Positions 59,930-64,000 of a stretch of 64,000 nucleotides of DNA are shown here, piece after piece. How positions within the stretch are numbered: position 1 is the first letter of the stretch; every line of letters begins with the position of its first letter. Source of the stretch: Podospora anserina. Taxonomy: Eukaryota. The notes beneath the pieces are model-generated. The model searched no databases and had not been told where the DNA came from. It saw only the letters and a program-made list of their open reading frames with translations. The position numbers and the translations under genes are program-made. The stretch spans positions 3,782,001 to 3,846,000 of the forward strand of contig CM030338.1 of NCBI GenBank assembly GCA_017654855.1. Direction: 5' to 3'.

Positions 59930-61731
59930 ATGGTTCGTGTTCTGGCCATTCTCGGAGCCATCGCCTTCGGCCTCGGCTGTGCGGATGCCACTGTCTTCCC
60001 ATACACATCAGTTTGCGAACAAATCAACGGAAATCTCACCAGTGCGAGTGATGTGATCTTCCCAAGTAAGACACCTGCAGAGAGCTGATTCGGTTTTTTG
60101 CAACTAACCGTTCGCGAGCAGTCCAGGCGGTCACGTACCAGAAAGAGACCCAACATTGGTTCCTATCCTCAGATCAAAACCCTTCCTGTGTGGTTCGCGT
60201 TGGGTCCAGTCAAGATATCTCCAGAGTTCTTCAGATCATCCGAGACACAAAGACCCCTTTTGCCGTCCAGTCTGGGGGCCATGCCTCCAATCCAGGCTTC
60301 TCTAGCACCACAGGCGTCCACATTTCCCTATCACTACTGGACCAGGTAGTCCTTTCTCCCGACAAGAAGACGGCGGAAATTGGGTTCGGCCAGGTAGGTC
60401 CAACAATCCAGAACAAGATGGGCACCTACTGATATTGCGACAGACCTGGGCCGATGTCTATGACAAGCTTGAACCACACGGACTCAACGTCGTAGGAGGG
60501 AGGGTGATTGGACCTGGTATCGGTGGCTTCACTCTAGGAGGCGGCTATTCATGGTAAGTCTCTTCTGTCACGCGTATCCTGCGTTGTGGTGTCGGATGCC
60601 GATTGCTCTTTTCCTGACATGATCAACATCGTGCATGAGGAAACTCCATTTCGGACAACAGTATTTAACCCCTGGGTAGGAAGACGAATCAGTTCGGGCT
60701 TACCTGTGATACGGTCGAGCTCTTCAACATTGTCCTTCCGGTCAGTACCTAGGCTTGTCCCCTTGTCCGGCCCTACCTATTCTGACATTCCGTCACAGAA
60801 CGGCACAGTCACCACGGCGAGCCCAAGTTACAATCAAGACCTATTCTTTGCCCTCAAGGGCGGCAAGAATCGCTTTGGTATTGTGACCTCCGCAATTTTC
60901 CGAACTCACCCCCAAGGTCGAGTCTGGGGTGGACTCCGCATCTACCCCTCTACCTCTGTCCCAGCCCTTCTCAACGCCACGCGTCTCTTTCAAACGGAGA
61001 ACACGGATCCCAAGGCGGGACTCATCACCACTCTCGAGGGTGGCGCCCTTGGCACTACGGCGCTTGTTCTCATGTTTTACGATGGCCCTGAGAAGCCCCC
61101 CATTTTCGACCTCTTCGATGGCATCCCTTTTCTGGTTAGCGGGACGCTCCCCAATCGCAAGTGGACCAACTTCATCGCCAGCTTTCCCGCCGAGCTGAAG
61201 CTGAACCTCCGGGGAACCTTCGCCAGCGTGTCGACTTCGACACTGACCACGAGGTTCCTGGACGCCATCAAGAATGAGACGGACTCGATTGGGTTGACCA
61301 AGGGCTTGAAGACCGGCACGACAGTGTCATACGACATAGAACCTTTCACCCAGTACGGTGTACATGCCACCGACAGCGCTTTCCCCCACGCTGACTCCCC
61401 TCTGCCTGTAAGTCATAGCATCAACCCCTTGCCACTAACCGTGACCCTGACACTGACTGGTCATTAGCTGAATCTTTACTTCTCCTGGGCCAGCGCTGCC
61501 CACGATGAGTATTGGTATAACCGGATGAAGCAGTCGATTGCTACGCTTAAGCAGGTGGCTATTGAGGAGGGTATCTACTCAGAATCCTTCACTTCGTATC
61601 CAAACTATGCGATCTCGGGGACAACGGCAGAGGAGCTCTACGGCGAGGCTAATGCGGAGAGACTGAGAGAGATTAGAGACATCTATGACCCCGAAAAGGT
61701 CATGGATCTTGCGGGGGGATTTGAGATTTGA
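59930..61731 (+). CDS. Secreted FAD-linked oxidoreductase (BBE/VAO-like, FAD_binding_4), multi-exon
   Basis: Signal peptide; FAVQSGGHASNPGFSST; VVGGRV..GGFTLGGG; DLFFALKGG.NRFGIVT; YPNYA; YDP. Confidence 0.9.
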
Positions 61732-62180
61732 AGAAATGTACCCAAGGTACTAATGTAATTACTGTTCAATTTCAGTGGTCGAGAAGACCACTAGATGTTG
61801 GAAGGAAAATGTAAAATATTGTGGCGCCTTGTTCTTTTCCGGTTGTCATACCCTGTTGTGATGAAATGTGCGTTTGGTAGCTATCCAACCCCTTTTCTTC
61901 ACCTCCATAGTTGCCTCTCGGCTCATTGGTAGGATATTGCGAATGTCAGTGATAGGAAACGCTTTGGTGCTTCGCATCCAGCTGTTTGCGAACTCGTCCT
62001 GTTTCACGGTTCCCTGTGGTGGTTCGCGGTACACTTTCATCCATCATTCTGCTGCCCCATAAAGTCCTTTACAATTTCCGTGACCCTACTTCTCCTTTTA
62101 ACGCGAGTCGGTGTTGCTGGTGGCGGTTGGCTAGACCGAACAGCGGTTCGCAAAGTCTGCTTCAGGTCAGTTCCTTTGAC

Positions 62181-63530
62181 CTAAATTGTTAATTTTGCTA
62201 TGAGATGAGCACCCACGAATTCTAGTAGTTCGCGCACCCCAAATCCAGTCTCTGGATCACAAAAAAAGTAGCTTGTGGCTCCAATGTCCTTTGTAATGCA
62301 GAGAGGGACGAAGTCATCCGAGTCTTGCGGTTCTTGGAATGGACCGGCGGCTGCGTCTTCATCTGGATTCTTCAGTCCAACCAACACAAGGGGTACCTCC
62401 GGACAATAGCTTTTAATTTCCCATGTCCACTTTCCCAGGATCGCGTCTTTAGCGGCGGTAGGATTCTCGGCGCGGAAGCACAAAAGAACTACGTCAGCCC
62501 CGTTGTATGAGAAAGGTCTCAGTTTGTCGTAGTCTTCTTGTCCTGACGTGTCTTTGAGCTCAAGTTGAAGGTCGACTCCGTCTACTTGGCAACCGATGAC
62601 GCAACTATCAAAGACTGTTGGGCTGTATGGTCCTGGAAGTCTGTTATATGCGAAAGCGCTGAGAAGGCGTGTTTTGCCCGCATTTCGGTCCCCTACAACC
62701 ACACACTTGAACCTCGTGCGAATCGGGGGCTCTTTGAGTGGAGAGGCGGGTTGGAAAGCCTGATCTTGATTGAAGGTCAAAGTTTCGTCGATGGTTGACA
62801 CAGAAGTCTCGACGTCGTGTCCTTTCCGGATGCTAGCGGAGCGGATCGAGTTGAGACGCAGACTGACGGTATCAGAGATGAGATCTTCGTCGTTTTGTGA
62901 GGCAAGAGCAATCTCTTCCAGTGTCTCTAGATCGTCAATTTCGGATATCTCAACCTCAACGATATGGCGTTGTTTGAGAGCGATATCTCCGAAGCAGCGA
63001 GTCATGGCTTCAAGATCGTCGTTCAAATCTTTAAGATGCTGGATCAGTTGTGCAAAATGTTCCCTGTCCGAAATAGCCCACGAAGCGGTATTCCAAAGTC
63101 GGGAGGCTCTTTGTTGTTTCTTCCAGAAGAAAAAAGGGCGTCTTGTACCCAGGGAGCTTGAACCCAACAATTGTAGGGCTGGTGCACGATTGCTACCACG
63201 CTGCTTTGGTGGCACCAGCCCATATCGATTTCTGAGAAGCGACTCATCCTGGAATAGGTCCTTGATACACTCCAGAGTGGCTGTTACTCTTGATCGTAGC
63301 ACGGGATCATCAAGTCGTTTGTCGTACTGCTCCATGCCCATCCCCGATAAGCCACAAGCCTTGCCCCAAGAGAGTAATCGTAGCTCTTGGTTGTCGAATT
63401 TCGTCTCGAGCAGCTTAAAGTCCCTCTCCAATCGAGCTCCCCGCCGAACCAACTGATAACACCCGGCGCATGTTGTGAATAGGCCTGCCAGCCCTATCAC
63501 ACCAATAGCGAGGCCGGCCGTTTCGGCCAT
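62181..63530 (-). CDS. HeLo (HET-S/LopB) domain fused to an atypical Rho-like GTPase domain
   Basis: MAETAGLAIGVIGLAGLFTTC..DFKLLETKFDNQELRLLSWGKACGL..WAISDREHFAQLIQHLKDLNDDL; then KCVVVGDRNAGKT, YSPTVFD, DTSGQEDYDKLRPFSY; a possible terminal intron could extend the CDS to 62037. Confidence 0.88.
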   Translation of the reverse strand: MAETAGLAIGVIGLAGLFTTCAGCYQLVRRGARLERDFKLLETKFDNQELRLLSWGKACGLSGMGMEQYDKRLDDPVLRSRVTATLECIKDLFQDESLLRNRYGLVPPKQRGSNRAPALQLLGSSSLGTRRPFFFWKKQQRASRLWNTASWAISDREHFAQLIQHLKDLNDDLEAMTRCFGDIALKQRHIVEVEISEIDDLETLEEIALASQNDEDLISDTVSLRLNSIRSASIRKGHDVETSVSTIDETLTFNQDQAFQPASPLKEPPIRTRFKCVVVGDRNAGKTRLLSAFAYNRLPGPYSPTVFDSCVIGCQVDGVDLQLELKDTSGQEDYDKLRPFSYNGADVVLLCFRAENPTAAKDAILGKWTWEIKSYCPEVPLVLVGLKNPDEDAAAGPFQEPQDSDDFVPLCITKDIGATSYFFCDPETGFGVRELLEFVGAHLIAKLTI

Positions 63531-64000
63531 TGTTGGTGGAATGTTAGTCAAACGGAGATTCTGCAAATGAAGGATGGAGCGCAGGGCCCGCAACGTTTTG
63601 TCCTCTCCTGGGTCAACTCGGACTTGACAGATTCTGGGGGGCCAAAGAAGCCGGGCAGTGCAGGGAGGCACAGCATCCCAACGTAGTATGCACCTGCTGC
63701 TGCTGCGGGGAAGCCATCGACAGTCTACCCTAACCCTGTTTTATGGGTAATTCCTATGCTGACAAAATTGAACCTTCCTCGACTCCTACAAAAGGATGTT
63801 AGGTATCTTTTAAGATCTCGTAACTATCTTTCCAAGGCGTAACAACTGTCTTTGAAGGCCTCATTATATCTTTCAGTAGGTACCCTTATCCTCACCAGCA
63901 GTCCCAGCTTTCTTACCTACGACACATCATGTCCTTCCACTGCGCTTATATATCACCATGCCTTTTCCCGATAGGATTCACAGGATTAAAAAATGCAAAG

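Noticed and set aside
30155..63530. HET-s-type amyloid motif or NLR (NACHT/NB-ARC) partner for the HeLo proteins; Starship captain or Spok genes
   Set aside because: No such motifs or genes were recognised within this window.

Overview
Eukaryotic, intron-containing fungal DNA. Short GT..(CTAAC/CTGAC)..AG introns, RIP-mutated repeats and HET-S-type domains point to a Sordariomycete, probably Sordariales/Podospora-like (inferred, not proven). The window holds about 30 genes, mostly accessory: secreted proteins, oxidoreductases, a catalase, a TauD dioxygenase, HPP, LtrA-like and papain-like proteins. RRB1 is the one clear housekeeping gene. Also present are an intron-containing tRNA-Glu(CTC), a RIP-decayed Fot1/pogo DNA transposon, a cluster of LTR-like fragments, at least three pseudogenes and a dispersed 21-bp minisatellite family. 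The most striking feature is a head-to-head gene pair at 30.1-34.5 kb. One gene encodes an MLKL-like protein (HeLo-like N-terminus plus pseudokinase). The other encodes an intact Ser/Thr kinase whose last two spliced exons, only partly covered by the ORF track, form a YTH (m6A-reader-type) domain with all three aromatic-cage tryptophans. This suggests a possible RNA-sensing kinase to pore-forming executioner module. A separate HeLo-Rho GTPase fusion lies at 62-63.5 kb. All family calls come from motif recognition by eye; no searches were run.
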